DNA of 64,000 nucleotides from an uncultured archaeon (GTDB lineage: Archaea > Asgardarchaeota > Thorarchaeia > Thorarchaeales > Thorarchaeaceae): assembly GCA_964458565.1 (NCBI GenBank), contig CAYWJO010000006.1:32001-96000 (forward strand), given 5' to 3'. This document shows positions 51,506 to 61,637 of the stretch, one piece after another; within the stretch, counting starts at the first letter, position 1; each line of letters opens with the position of its first letter. Both the position numbers and the translations under genes were made by a program. Below the pieces are notes generated by a model. The model ran no database searches, was not told the origin of the DNA, and was given only the letters and a program-made list of their open reading frames with translations.

Positions 51506-52240
51506 ATGAGCGAATTAGAATCAATGAGCCAAGTACTTGAAGGAGTACTTGGAAGATATCGTAGCCCATCAGGTAATTTGGATTACTTCTCTATGATGGG
51601 TGACCAGGCCATGATTAAGTATGCTGAAGGCTTGTCAGAGTTCGACCCAGATACCCTTACCACACGTAATGAAAAACTCGCGTTTTGGATAAATTGCTAC
51701 AACGCTCTAACAATATATGGAGTTACAAGAAAACTCAAAGATGATCCGAAATTCATAGAGAGAGGAAATAGCAGCTGGTGGGGTAGAGTCAAATTCTTTG
51801 CACTCCAGAAATTTTCAGTTGGCGGAAAAGAATATACACTCCGAGATATTGAGAATCTCATTAGAAAAGAGTTCAGAGATCCCAGAATTCATTTTGCATT
51901 GAACTGTGCATCAAGTAGTTGCCCACTTCTTAAGGACGGCCTCTATAGTGGCAAGAATTTGGATCAGGAATTAGAATCTGCAGCAGAGCTATATATTAGA
52001 AGTGCTGAGGGTGCATTACTGAATCGTGATGATAATGTTCTCTATCTCAGCATGATATTCAAGTGGTACAAGAAGGACTTCGAATCTACGGGAAAAACAC
52101 TACTTGAATACATTTCACAATACATGTCTGAAAATGAAAAATCTTACCTGCAGAACAATAAGGATAAAATAACGATTAGATTCAATACTTACGACTGGGC
52201 ACTAAATAACATGACCCCGGAGGGTGAAAAAGTTGCCTGA
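51506..52240 (+). CDS. DUF547 domain protein (no signal peptide)
   Basis: EKLAFWINCYNALTI, DPRIHFALNCASSSCP, LSMIFKWYKKDF, YDWALN. Confidence 0.9.
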   Translation: MSELESMSQVLEGVLGRYRSPSGNLDYFSMMGDQAMIKYAEGLSEFDPDTLTTRNEKLAFWINCYNALTIYGVTRKLKDDPKFIERGNSSWWGRVKFFALQKFSVGGKEYTLRDIENLIRKEFRDPRIHFALNCASSSCPLLKDGLYSGKNLDQELESAAELYIRSAEGALLNRDDNVLYLSMIFKWYKKDFESTGKTLLEYISQYMSENEKSYLQNNKDKITIRFNTYDWALNNMTPEGEKVA

Positions 52241-53246
52241 TAAACTCAGTTCTAGGATCTTCAACCTCAAGATGATGGGCAAATATCTCACTGATTCCGA
52301 TTTGAGAAAGGCATATGGAGAGTATAAAGAGTCCGAAGAGATGGCCATGCGACTCATTGTCAATTCATTACTTGGTGAAGGATGGCTAGTGAGTCTTTCA
52401 AGACCAACAACGATTGAGGACCTTGCTGAAGAGTATGGCTATACAAACCTGCATTTACTAAGGAGCATAATTACCCTTCTCGAATCTCAAGGAATAGTTG
52501 AGAAACAGAATAACGAGTATTCCATTCGTGAGATAGTAACCTCACCAATCAGACCTTCGGATATCGGAACGGCATTGGCAAACTTCTATTACGACTGCGC
52601 TCAATTCCTTCCTGATGCACTAAAGGGGAATTTAGTACCAATAAACGATGTACCAAGAGTTGTGTTGGAGACCGTATTCGGTAGCACTCTTACAGAAATA
52701 GGACGTGCTGTTCTCTTGCGTTCATTCTCAACGAAGAACACAAAGGATGTTGCAGTTGCAGCGTTTGCAGATGTTGGTCTACCCTTTGCTCTGAAGCAAA
52801 TTAATGATATACTCAAACCTGAAAATATCCGGTTGTTCCTGAACGACTATCGGATGGTTACTCCATTGACCTCAATGATGAGACTTCTTGCTGATAGTGA
52901 GGTCAGGCAGAAAATTAGCACCCATCTTCTGGGAATTGAAACCAAATGGCAAGTTGATTTCTTCTATGGAGAGGAATTTTTTGCATATGATCAAGATGCT
53001 GTTGATTCGAAAGTGAAAATGGTTTCCAATATTCTGAAACCAGGTGGAAGAGTTGTGACAAATGATCCAACTATTGACGCAACTGAAGTGAGTATAACTC
53101 CAGCTTATGTTCTCATGCAGACAATTGACGGATATCCTCAACCAATACCAAGGAATATACTAACCGAAGCATTCAAAGCTCATTCTCTGAATACCCTTGC
53201 TATAGGTGGAAATTGGGTTATAGCAGAAAAAGGAGATGCAACCTAA
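52224..53246 (+). CDS. O-methyltransferase-like protein (wHTH + Rossmann) with degenerate SAM motif
   Basis: PTTIEDLA...LLESQGIV wHTH; NILKPGGRV; motif I position reads VAVAAFADVG. Confidence 0.6.
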   Translation: MKKLPDKLSSRIFNLKMMGKYLTDSDLRKAYGEYKESEEMAMRLIVNSLLGEGWLVSLSRPTTIEDLAEEYGYTNLHLLRSIITLLESQGIVEKQNNEYSIREIVTSPIRPSDIGTALANFYYDCAQFLPDALKGNLVPINDVPRVVLETVFGSTLTEIGRAVLLRSFSTKNTKDVAVAAFADVGLPFALKQINDILKPENIRLFLNDYRMVTPLTSMMRLLADSEVRQKISTHLLGIETKWQVDFFYGEEFFAYDQDAVDSKVKMVSNILKPGGRVVTNDPTIDATEVSITPAYVLMQTIDGYPQPIPRNILTEAFKAHSLNTLAIGGNWVIAEKGDAT

Positions 53247-53962
53247 TGAGGCATGAAAGAACCGTAAGGGAAGTTTTTGTAATCCATAAAGGAGGAATAC
53301 CGCTAGCCCATGTAGGAACTGGTCATGTAGAAGTAGATGATGCTCTATTGGGAGGTCTATTATCTGCAATTGATGATGTGGGAAGAAGTCTAGGGCTTGC
53401 AGATGCAGGTGCACTTGACACCATATCCTTCAGAGCTTATCAGATAATATACGTTGATACACTAACGAGCCTGGTAGTTCTTTTATCAAGCGCGGAAACC
53501 CCTGAGTTTTTTATAAAATCTAAAGATGAGTTGCAAGCTATTGGTAATGAGCTCGAGAAACAAGGTTTTCTGGAAGACACAGCCGCAAGGAGTTCGGAAG
53601 TGCTCTCCCAAATGACAAAGATAATTGCTAGTAAAGGTAGAACTATCTTTGCAAAACAACACGATGTTTTCTTTTGGGACGACGAGCATACATTTCAGTT
53701 AGTGAAAGGCCTTAACCGAAGGTGGGATGGGGATAATCTATTTCGAAATTACTTGTTACGTAGTCCCATCCTTGATGCACTCTCTGTAGGCTCAAAAACA
53801 CTGCAAATCCTCTGCAATCAATTGGAAGAAATGCGACGTCCATCTGAAGTACTAAATCACTCTGAATTGAAAAAGAATGATCCAAGAATGATAGAGGACA
53901 CGATGCATTTCCTTCATATGCTGGGAATTGTACACTGTTTTGAATCTCGCATTGTGAGATAG
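53246..53962 (+). CDS. roadblock/longin-like domain protein with C-terminal extension
   Basis: VFVIHKGGIPL...DDALLGGLLSAI; TAATG coupling with upstream gene. Confidence 0.7.
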   Translation: MRHERTVREVFVIHKGGIPLAHVGTGHVEVDDALLGGLLSAIDDVGRSLGLADAGALDTISFRAYQIIYVDTLTSLVVLLSSAETPEFFIKSKDELQAIGNELEKQGFLEDTAARSSEVLSQMTKIIASKGRTIFAKQHDVFFWDDEHTFQLVKGLNRRWDGDNLFRNYLLRSPILDALSVGSKTLQILCNQLEEMRRPSEVLNHSELKKNDPRMIEDTMHFLHMLGIVHCFESRIVR

Positions 53963-53978
53963 TTTGGGGACTCAATAA

Positions 53979-54641
53979 ATGAGCAAACAGTCAGAATATG
54001 TTAGACGTACTTACTCGATAACTGCTCAGCGATATGATATGATCCTGAAGGCATACAAAGTACTTGGTGTCAATCTCGAGAGATGGAGATCTGATGCAAT
54101 CGCGAAGCTTCCAAGTATATCATCAGCAAGATTACTTGATGTTGGTGTTGGCACGGGAAAGAATATTCCACATCTGATTTCACGTTATCCAGATTATCAA
54201 GAGATAGTTGGAATTGACTATACTCCAGCGATGCTGGTAAGAGGACAAAAACTCGTAAGAGATAATGAATGGGAGAAAGTTGGACTAGTTCTCGGTGATG
54301 CGAGAAGATTATCAGAGTACTTCACAGAGCCATTCGACCTAATTATATCTACATACTCCCTATCGATAATTCCCAATTCGCCGCTCGTTCTGAAAGAGAT
54401 TAGAAAACTCATGAAGTCTGATACGTACTTACATCTCTTGGACTGTCAAAAATTCAAAGGTATCTTACGGATCTATAATCCATTGGCAATTTTACTCTCT
54501 ACTCGATTGGGAGGAAGTAATGAGACATACTCGGTTCCTGTAAGTGATATATCCAGCAGGATGTTCAAGTCGATTTTTCGTAGAACATTCTACGCAGGGT
54601 TATTCTATGAGGACCTGTACAACGGATCTAAGGTTTCCTGA
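53979..54641 (+). CDS. class I SAM-dependent methyltransferase (UbiE/PmtA-like)
   Basis: LLDVGVGTG, GIDYTPAML, GDA, FDLIISTYSLS. Confidence 0.88.
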   Translation: MSKQSEYVRRTYSITAQRYDMILKAYKVLGVNLERWRSDAIAKLPSISSARLLDVGVGTGKNIPHLISRYPDYQEIVGIDYTPAMLVRGQKLVRDNEWEKVGLVLGDARRLSEYFTEPFDLIISTYSLSIIPNSPLVLKEIRKLMKSDTYLHLLDCQKFKGILRIYNPLAILLSTRLGGSNETYSVPVSDISSRMFKSIFRRTFYAGLFYEDLYNGSKVS

Positions 54642-55422
54642 AAATAAAGAGATGATATCCGATATTTCCATTGTCAATCTGTTCCTGAATTCTTGAGATA
54701 ATAGCTTGTGCTTCTGAAAGGATGTTTTTTGCTTCGGGTTTTCCAGTCGCTTGAAGAATATCTGCATTTCTTGCAGCTCTATTGACTAAATCAACAAGGA
54801 GGCTAGTATAATCCTCAATCTCCAACATGATGAATCCTTCTTTCTCTAGCAATTCTTGATACTGTTCTTTTGAGAACGCATCCGCAACACACAGCGCTCT
54901 ACCAATCAGATTTTGCAGTTTCTCATCTAGAAGTGTCCGATCTTCAATAGTAACATCATTCAGTCCAAATATTCCGTTATCCTTCAATACCCTATGAATT
55001 TCTTTGACAGCAATCTCCTTATCGGGAAATGTACAGAGAGAACACTCACTATAGGCACCTGTAAAAGTTTCACTCTCATAGGGAATAGTACTTGCAAAAG
55101 CTTGCTTGAAACCAACGTAGTCAACATTAGTCAATGAGGTAAGTTTCGCATTGGCTTTTTCTATCATGAGAGGGCTTGCATCAATACCGTTAACAGCACA
55201 TCCGAATTTTCTAGACAGGAAAATTGCAGTTGTTCCTTCTCCACATGCAATGTCAAGTATGACATCTTCCGTTCCAACCCCCATTTTTTCAGCCATAAGA
55301 GCGCTTAATGCCAATCCTCCGGGATGAAGCATTCCATCCAAGAGTTTCAGGATAAGAGGGTGACTGTAAATATCAGTACAGCACTTAGAAACTAATGCCT
55401 CATCAGGATTGATTTTGACCAT
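54628..55422 (-). CDS. Cys-rich class I SAM methyltransferase (ArsM-like)
   Basis: KCC, HPGG, ILDIACGEG, SECSLC, EIHRVLK, LCVADA. Confidence 0.8.
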   Translation of the reverse strand: MVKINPDEALVSKCCTDIYSHPLILKLLDGMLHPGGLALSALMAEKMGVGTEDVILDIACGEGTTAIFLSRKFGCAVNGIDASPLMIEKANAKLTSLTNVDYVGFKQAFASTIPYESETFTGAYSECSLCTFPDKEIAVKEIHRVLKDNGIFGLNDVTIEDRTLLDEKLQNLIGRALCVADAFSKEQYQELLEKEGFIMLEIEDYTSLLVDLVNRAARNADILQATGKPEAKNILSEAQAIISRIQEQIDNGNIGYHLFIFRKP

Positions 55423-55429
55423 CTCAGTA

Positions 55430-56740
55430 TCACTTCCGTTTATTGTGTAGTAGATTGTAATTGCAGAAGGGAATCATTTTACCATCAGGCTGCACGACAT
55501 GAATACAGCATTTCTGAGCACGCTCAAGCTGATATGTGTTGGTATCCATAAATGCATGAACTGCGATTGTTTTCACAGTACTTCCCATAATGTCATGTAC
55601 TGATATTCCACAGGCCTCACAGAACGATCCCGTTGTTTTTTCTGTTCCAGGAACTGCACTAGTAGAGAAAAGCGATGAAAATGATTCATCTTGAAGAATA
55701 GAGGAACTAACGAGTGTTCTGTCTTTCCCATAGTCAATGTATTCATCAACATTAACTATCTCGGTCAATGGTTTTACTTCCTCAGTGTCGTTATCTATAA
55801 GAACGTAGGATATAGCAGTACAATGCGGATGGGGACATGGGATTGGGCGAAATTCAGATATCTTATGATTTCCGTTAGTCTGTGATTCAATCATCGTTAG
55901 AATTTCATATACACCCAGAGTTTTCAATTCCTCCAAATCAACACGGCCAGTGATACTAATAGGTTGGAAGTTGATTCCGAAAACACTTGGTTGTTTCATA
56001 GCGAAAGTGACGAACTCACCAATTTCATCATGGTTCAAATCCCTGATTATAGTTGGGACAAGTACTGTTGTAAGACCAAGTTCATTGCATCTGTCTACAA
56101 CCGCAAGTTTTTCATTCAGAAGGTCGCGTCCACGCATCGATTTGTATACTTCAGGCCTGAAGGAATCAAATTGAAGATATATCACAGCACCGACTCGCGC
56201 TAATTCTTTGGCGAAGTCCTCCTCCATCAACTTGATTCCATTTGTTGAAATAACTACATCTTCTATCTCAAGCATTTTAGCGTATTCTATTATCTCGATG
56301 ATGTTTGGATGGAGTGTTGGTTCACCACCACTCAATTGCAGAATTTCAGGATTCGTTTCATATGAAACAAACGCATCGATCATAGAAGTTATTGTTTCCA
56401 ATGGCAGATGTCCACTAAAAGGAGCGTCTGCAAAGCATACGTTACATGTAAGGTTACATTCACCAGTTATCTCTATGATACCAACACAGGAATGCTGTTT
56501 ATGAGATGGACAAATGCCACAGTCATCTGGGCATCCACGTTCGACTGAACTTGACCAGCGGAATGGTGAACTTCCAGGACGGTTATATTTCATTGCCCAA
56601 TTCCAATAATTAGAGTCAGCTGACACCAATATTCTCTCAATACCATGTTCGGGGCAGCTCTTCTCTAAGTAAACACGACCATCTTCGACTATCTCCTTTG
56701 ACTCAATCAAATGTCCACATTTCGAACAAATACTAGCCAT
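55430..56740 (-). CDS. radical SAM enzyme of the Tes/MJ0619 (tetraether synthase-like) family
   Basis: CSKC...CPEHG; GCPDDCGICPSH; CNLTCNVC; GGEPT; CPHPHC; CCIH...IPFCNYN. Confidence 0.88.
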   Translation of the reverse strand: MASICSKCGHLIESKEIVEDGRVYLEKSCPEHGIERILVSADSNYWNWAMKYNRPGSSPFRWSSSVERGCPDDCGICPSHKQHSCVGIIEITGECNLTCNVCFADAPFSGHLPLETITSMIDAFVSYETNPEILQLSGGEPTLHPNIIEIIEYAKMLEIEDVVISTNGIKLMEEDFAKELARVGAVIYLQFDSFRPEVYKSMRGRDLLNEKLAVVDRCNELGLTTVLVPTIIRDLNHDEIGEFVTFAMKQPSVFGINFQPISITGRVDLEELKTLGVYEILTMIESQTNGNHKISEFRPIPCPHPHCTAISYVLIDNDTEEVKPLTEIVNVDEYIDYGKDRTLVSSSILQDESFSSLFSTSAVPGTEKTTGSFCEACGISVHDIMGSTVKTIAVHAFMDTNTYQLERAQKCCIHVVQPDGKMIPFCNYNLLHNKRK

Positions 56741-56840
56741 CTTGCAAATCGAAGCTCCATGAATTACTATACAATAGTATGATTCAACTGCTTAGCCACT
56801 TAAGTCTTAGAGTACGACACCACCTCTACAATAGGATGTA

Positions 56841-57836
56841 CTATCCTCTTCGACTCCATCCAAAAGACGCAACAGCAAGAAGCACAATGACACCGATACC
56901 GACACCATCTATCATGAGTTCAGATGAGGGAAGGTTAGTTGGACTTGGTTCAGTTGTCGTTGTTGTTATGTTGGGAGAGTTCCATCCGGATAAGCAAGCA
57001 ACTAACCACCAAAAAGCTCTCCCTTTCTGTTCGCAGCTTGTGTATGTAGTGTGCCCTGCTTGATCCCCATTGAAATCAGGGTGTTCAAGAGGTATCTGGA
57101 ATGTCACAGTACCGTTATCATATTCATAGGTGTTTAGCTCTCCATCACTCCAACAATCCAAATCTGCAAAGTCGAAAAGCACCTTGTTATTCTCTCTGCA
57201 GTAATCTCGAATAATCTCATTATTCAACCAGCGATTGTATCCATCTGATCCAGCAGCTTGAGCATTACCTGTCATGTATACAAAAGTGATGTCAGGATTT
57301 GCGGATTCGAGAGAAGACATTGCTGAAAGGTATTGCTCCACTTGACTACTAGAGTAGTAGTTCAGCTGGGTACACCATGACCACAGACTAACACTCAATG
57401 TAGGATTGTTATCAATTGTATCCTGAGTGATATCAAGACCGTCTTGGGATTCCCAATATAGCTCTGGTGTGATGTAACTGTGAGGCGGATTCCCATCAAG
57501 AATACACAGAGCACCAGATTCAGTAGGTAGAGTTCCACTTCCCTGCGCTTGGCTGTATGATATGTTTGCACTCTCCAGTCGGGAAAGGCCCGTTGTAATC
57601 TGACTGCCATGACTTGTATGTGCATAATGTATTCTGACATTCTCTTTTGCAGAATTGATGTGGTTCTGAGGAATAGAGTCCAGATTCACACAAGAATGAT
57701 CGATTGTTGGAGCATGTGTTGTTTGAAGGTCATCTAAAACCTCCGATCTAGGGAAAATCGCTGAAACAGAGATAGTACCGGTTACAACAAAGAAAAAAGC
57801 AATACAGAAAGCAATGGCTCTATGTTGGCGCGACAT
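56841..57836 (-). CDS. secreted, TM-anchored hydrolase-fold (SGNH-like) hypothetical protein
   Basis: Signal peptide, HTSHGSQI, WSWC, VLFDFADLD, C-terminal GH, Thr linker + TM. Confidence 0.7.
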   Translation of the reverse strand: MSRQHRAIAFCIAFFFVVTGTISVSAIFPRSEVLDDLQTTHAPTIDHSCVNLDSIPQNHINSAKENVRIHYAHTSHGSQITTGLSRLESANISYSQAQGSGTLPTESGALCILDGNPPHSYITPELYWESQDGLDITQDTIDNNPTLSVSLWSWCTQLNYYSSSQVEQYLSAMSSLESANPDITFVYMTGNAQAAGSDGYNRWLNNEIIRDYCRENNKVLFDFADLDCWSDGELNTYEYDNGTVTFQIPLEHPDFNGDQAGHTTYTSCEQKGRAFWWLVACLSGWNSPNITTTTTEPSPTNLPSSELMIDGVGIGVIVLLAVASFGWSRRG

Positions 57837-58070
57837 AGTTTCCTCTCCAATATTTGTTGTCTTGGTAGAAGAGTAAAAGTACAAAGTTCTTTCGGAGATA
57901 GATAATGACTTGAACTAACGGAATTGATTATGAATTAATCCCTCTGAAATTGTTGTCGCCGCCTCATTCCAACCAACGACTCGATTATGATGCGTTTTTC
58001 ATTAAGATAAATGGGTTATAGTTCTCAGGTCTTTTCTTTATTTCAAGGAAAAATCAGAATTACGTCTCAG

Positions 58071-58101
58071 TAAAAAGAGGTGGGAGGTAAAGATACCTCC
58101 C
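58071..58101 (-). terminator. hairpin + U-tract terminator of the 625-aa gene
   Basis: GGGAGGTA-AAGA-TACCTCCC (58082-58101), then CTCTTTTT on minus strand. Confidence 0.7.
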
Positions 58102-59978
58102 TAGGTGGATTTACGCGTGGCATTGATTCGGACGCAGACAACAGATGTTGCTACAATCCCAACCACACCCAATGAAATGGATGCGAGCATAACGATATCC
58201 ATCAGACCCCCAACTACAGCAGGTGCGGTACCAGGAAATACCATGAAAATGGGATCGTGAGTGATGGAATAACCACTCCACTCACTATAGCAGGAACTAT
58301 AGTAGTAGCTACTCATAGACCAATAGTAATCAATCGCTCCAGCAGGGGCGGCCTCGCCAGCTGGCTGTGGAGCGGCATTAGTTTCCGCAGGAAGAATATC
58401 CATTGCATAGAAGTACATTGGCATGACTGCAGTACCGACTTCATAGGTGCCCCCATCCTTACCCCATAGATAGGTACCTCCAAACTCTATTGAAGTTCGT
58501 AACTCATCCGCTTCGTTGAATAAAAGTTTACCATCAGGCGCAGGTGCAGCTGATGAAACTGAGTTAGTATCACTGTAAGCGGTTCCATCCGATAGTTCAC
58601 CAGTTATTGAATAGCTTGAGAAAGTACTCCAATAGTTTATTGTCATACCAAGTCCATCTAGCTCCGGGATTGGGTTGTGAGTGGTAGGGTCACTAAAATC
58701 ACCAATATGCTGGTCAATCTTTAAGACTGCAGCCTCATCACTGAGTTCAAATCTGTATACCATTTCCAGACTGTCCACAAGAACTGGAATTGTCTCAGGC
58801 TCTTCATATGGCATCATAATCTCGACATTGCAGTAATCATAGCAAGGCATGATGGGGTATGGCATAATTTCATAGAGGTTTCCTTCGACATCCACAACTT
58901 CAGCGCTCCATTCAATCTGTGAGTCCTCATTTAGTGTTGGTACTTGTATTTCACCAAGTGTCGCACTAGAGCTATAGAAATCATAGAGTAACTCAGAGGC
59001 ATTATAATCAATCTCGCGACTGATGAAATCTGTAACATTGTCGCCATTCCAATCGTAGGGTACTTCATGATAGACTATATCCATAATACCATTATCATTA
59101 GTATCATTGAAGATGTTCATTCCAGAGAAATAATGTTCCATCCACTGTGTATGATTCTCGGATGAATACATCTCGGTCACATCATAACCAAACCAGCTAT
59201 ATTCACCATCATACTCGTATTCATAAGATCCGTTCATATATGAAGCCCATTGATATTCTGGTGCAAGATTGGGAATGACTAGGTTAGAATCAATCGCATT
59301 ATATTCCTCATCATACCAAGTATAGTTAGTGAAGTAGTAGTCATAATAATCAGACCATTGGTAATAGAATGAGGAATAAACGAATACTTCGTCACCAGAA
59401 AGACCTGTTAAATCTGTATTCCAGAAAATACCCCAGATATCGTTCACAGGACCTTGACTAGCAAGATTCGCAATATAGGATGCATCAGGATCAAGAATTA
59501 GTGTGACTAGTAGATTTGTTGATGCCCACTCATTCTCCCACTCGGACACATAGTCCTCATATATCCAATATCCGGTTCCGTTGTTGTCCTCTACATAATA
59601 ATACCAACCGAATCCATAATCTGCAACACCTGTTTCTGGAACGTCCGGCATTGGATAAGGAGAAGTATCTTGACCAGGTACAAAAGATGTTGTTGGTCTA
59701 GGTACAGTGGATCCTGGTTCAATCCATGTTGTATATGGTAGTGTGGTGGGATATGGCCAAGTTGGATACACTACATCATCCGAGGAATAATATCCAGAGT
59801 TGTTTTGAAGTTCATACGCTACATAGACTCCACGAAGCATCTCTTCAAATGGCTCAACAATCTGTGCTCCTTCATAAGGGAAGATGTCGAACGCCATCGA
59901 AAAACTTGGTAGGGCACCGAGGGTGACTAGACCTACGAGCATTCCGAGCGCAATAAGTTGGTTTTTACGTGCATTCAT
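58101..59978 (-). CDS. acidic Tyr-rich surface protein with C-terminal TM
   Basis: Signal peptide; NDTNDNGIMD and DWNGDNVTD Ca-loop-like motifs; THDP; TM. Confidence 0.8.
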   Translation of the reverse strand: MNARKNQLIALGMLVGLVTLGALPSFSMAFDIFPYEGAQIVEPFEEMLRGVYVAYELQNNSGYYSSDDVVYPTWPYPTTLPYTTWIEPGSTVPRPTTSFVPGQDTSPYPMPDVPETGVADYGFGWYYYVEDNNGTGYWIYEDYVSEWENEWASTNLLVTLILDPDASYIANLASQGPVNDIWGIFWNTDLTGLSGDEVFVYSSFYYQWSDYYDYYFTNYTWYDEEYNAIDSNLVIPNLAPEYQWASYMNGSYEYEYDGEYSWFGYDVTEMYSSENHTQWMEHYFSGMNIFNDTNDNGIMDIVYHEVPYDWNGDNVTDFISREIDYNASELLYDFYSSSATLGEIQVPTLNEDSQIEWSAEVVDVEGNLYEIMPYPIMPCYDYCNVEIMMPYEEPETIPVLVDSLEMVYRFELSDEAAVLKIDQHIGDFSDPTTHNPIPELDGLGMTINYWSTFSSYSITGELSDGTAYSDTNSVSSAAPAPDGKLLFNEADELRTSIEFGGTYLWGKDGGTYEVGTAVMPMYFYAMDILPAETNAAPQPAGEAAPAGAIDYYWSMSSYYYSSCYSEWSGYSITHDPIFMVFPGTAPAVVGGLMDIVMLASISLGVVGIVATSVVCVRINATRKST

Positions 59979-60163
59979 GTTTCATCAAATCCTAGAACAT
60001 AGGAATATGATTTGATGCAGGACTTCAATCATATTAGAATCCTATCTGTGAACCGTTCAGGGATGATCCAATACAACAGGACTCCCATCTTTAGAACACC
60101 AATAGAGCCTTATGAGTGTCCACGATCGTTCGAAAACCATCCATAATCCCTTAGTTCATGAAA

Positions 60164-60652
60164 TCAGCGAGGAACATTCTTTACGAGTGATACTATCTTC
60201 GTACGCCCACTTGTGATGCGTTCTATCACAGATTTTCGCTCGAGCCCACTAAGGGTAACACTAAGAGTCGATTTGCTAAGACCTGTAGCACGTCTAAGTT
60301 CATCTTGTGCCATCTCCCCATTATGCTCCTCAAGTCTATTGATTATCCGGCGTTCGATATTTGTAAGGGTTATGACAATGATTTCGGGCTCAAGGGGAGT
60401 TTGCTCAACATTGCTTGCAATTACGTCCTCTAGCTGGGTTATTCGTCTCTGCATTCGCAACACAACGAGAACTACTACGTTGATAATGAGCACCATAGAT
60501 ATTACCAGAGCAATCGTGGCCGCGAGATATATCACCTCTCTAGCAATAGGCATGGCCAACATCCAGATCCAGATAGAAATCACAAGGGTAGTCACTGCTA
60601 CAATGACGAGAATAATGTCAGTGCGTATGCCAATTGTTCTCTTCTCAGTCAT
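60164..60652 (-). CDS. membrane-tethered regulator (2 TM + C-terminal wHTH)
   Basis: ERRII..L...GEMAQDELRRATGLSKSTLS..LERKSVIER..GRTKIV. Confidence 0.82.
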   Translation of the reverse strand: MTEKRTIGIRTDIILVIVAVTTLVISIWIWMLAMPIAREVIYLAATIALVISMVLIINVVVLVVLRMQRRITQLEDVIASNVEQTPLEPEIIVITLTNIERRIINRLEEHNGEMAQDELRRATGLSKSTLSVTLSGLERKSVIERITSGRTKIVSLVKNVPR

Positions 60653-60674
60653 TGTGATACTTCCATCAATGGAC

Positions 60675-61172
60675 TCAATTATTTCTGGACTTCATCCAAT
60701 CTCTGCCGAGAGCGGCTAACTGCCCGGTGTGATAGCTAAGGTGGCTAAACATGTTCGATATAACTTCGTATACTGTCATCCCAACAAAAAAGTTTGGGGC
60801 GGTTCCTTCTTCAATAACCCGTTTAAAATCGGATTCTGATTCGGACTGAGCCCATTCCAGTATGGCGAGCTCTCCAGAATCATAGTAATCCTGGATCTCT
60901 TCATATGAGATGCCGGACCATTCTCCTTCTGTACCCGGGCGATATAGACCAAAGAGTTCTGTATTAACAGGAGTTTCTTGTTTTATTAGTACATTAAGAG
61001 AGAAATCAAAGACTGCTGCTTGATGAGCAAGAACCCATCCAAACTCAGACATACCGGTACTAGGACGATATGAAAGATCATCTAATCCTGTCTCCTTGAT
61101 TCTGGAAATCACGTCTTCCCTCCACGTTCTAACAGCTTTCAGTCCAGCCTGTATGAAATCTATATCGGACAT
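60675..61172 (-). CDS. DinB family protein
   Basis: GWVLAH...HLSYHTGQL His triad. Confidence 0.85.
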   Translation of the reverse strand: MSDIDFIQAGLKAVRTWREDVISRIKETGLDDLSYRPSTGMSEFGWVLAHQAAVFDFSLNVLIKQETPVNTELFGLYRPGTEGEWSGISYEEIQDYYDSGELAILEWAQSESESDFKRVIEEGTAPNFFVGMTVYEVISNMFSHLSYHTGQLAALGRDWMKSRNN

Positions 61173-61274
61173 AGAGATAGCGGTATGCAATATTGCACAA
61201 GTACCTTTGGTACAGAGTCACTACTTCCGAAAATTGTATATGGTTATAGACAAGAGAAGTTATGAGGACGCGTA

Positions 61275-61637
61275 ATGTCAACACCGATAAGTGGACAACT
61301 CTCAGAGAAAGAGCTTCGTGAACTCAAGAGGCTGAAACTAGTTAGGGAGGCTCTAGACGAGCTAAAGCGGAGAGGGATTGATGCTGATATGCCAATTTGT
61401 CCACATTGTAAGAGCCACCGACTGGTTGATCTTACATCGTATTTTGATTTAGGCTATATTGGAAGTTTCCATCCTGCACTCTATTGCCTTGATTGTGGGT
61501 GGTATGGAAGAATCAAATTTATCATGTCAAATAGACCTGAACACAGTGCAGTTCTTGATGATTTACGGCATGCATTCTCTCATCTACTTGAAGAGAGTTT
61601 AGCAATTCCAGATGATGAATTTATAGATGGCATCTAG
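61275..61637 (+). CDS. Zn-ribbon protein
   Basis: CPHC...CLDCGW. Confidence 0.7.
   Translation: MSTPISGQLSEKELRELKRLKLVREALDELKRRGIDADMPICPHCKSHRLVDLTSYFDLGYIGSFHPALYCLDCGWYGRIKFIMSNRPEHSAVLDDLRHAFSHLLEESLAIPDDEFIDGI

Noticed and set aside
55490-55520. Possible selenocysteine in the radical SAM C-terminal CC motif
   Set aside because: Codons are TGC TGT; no in-frame UGA in the gene
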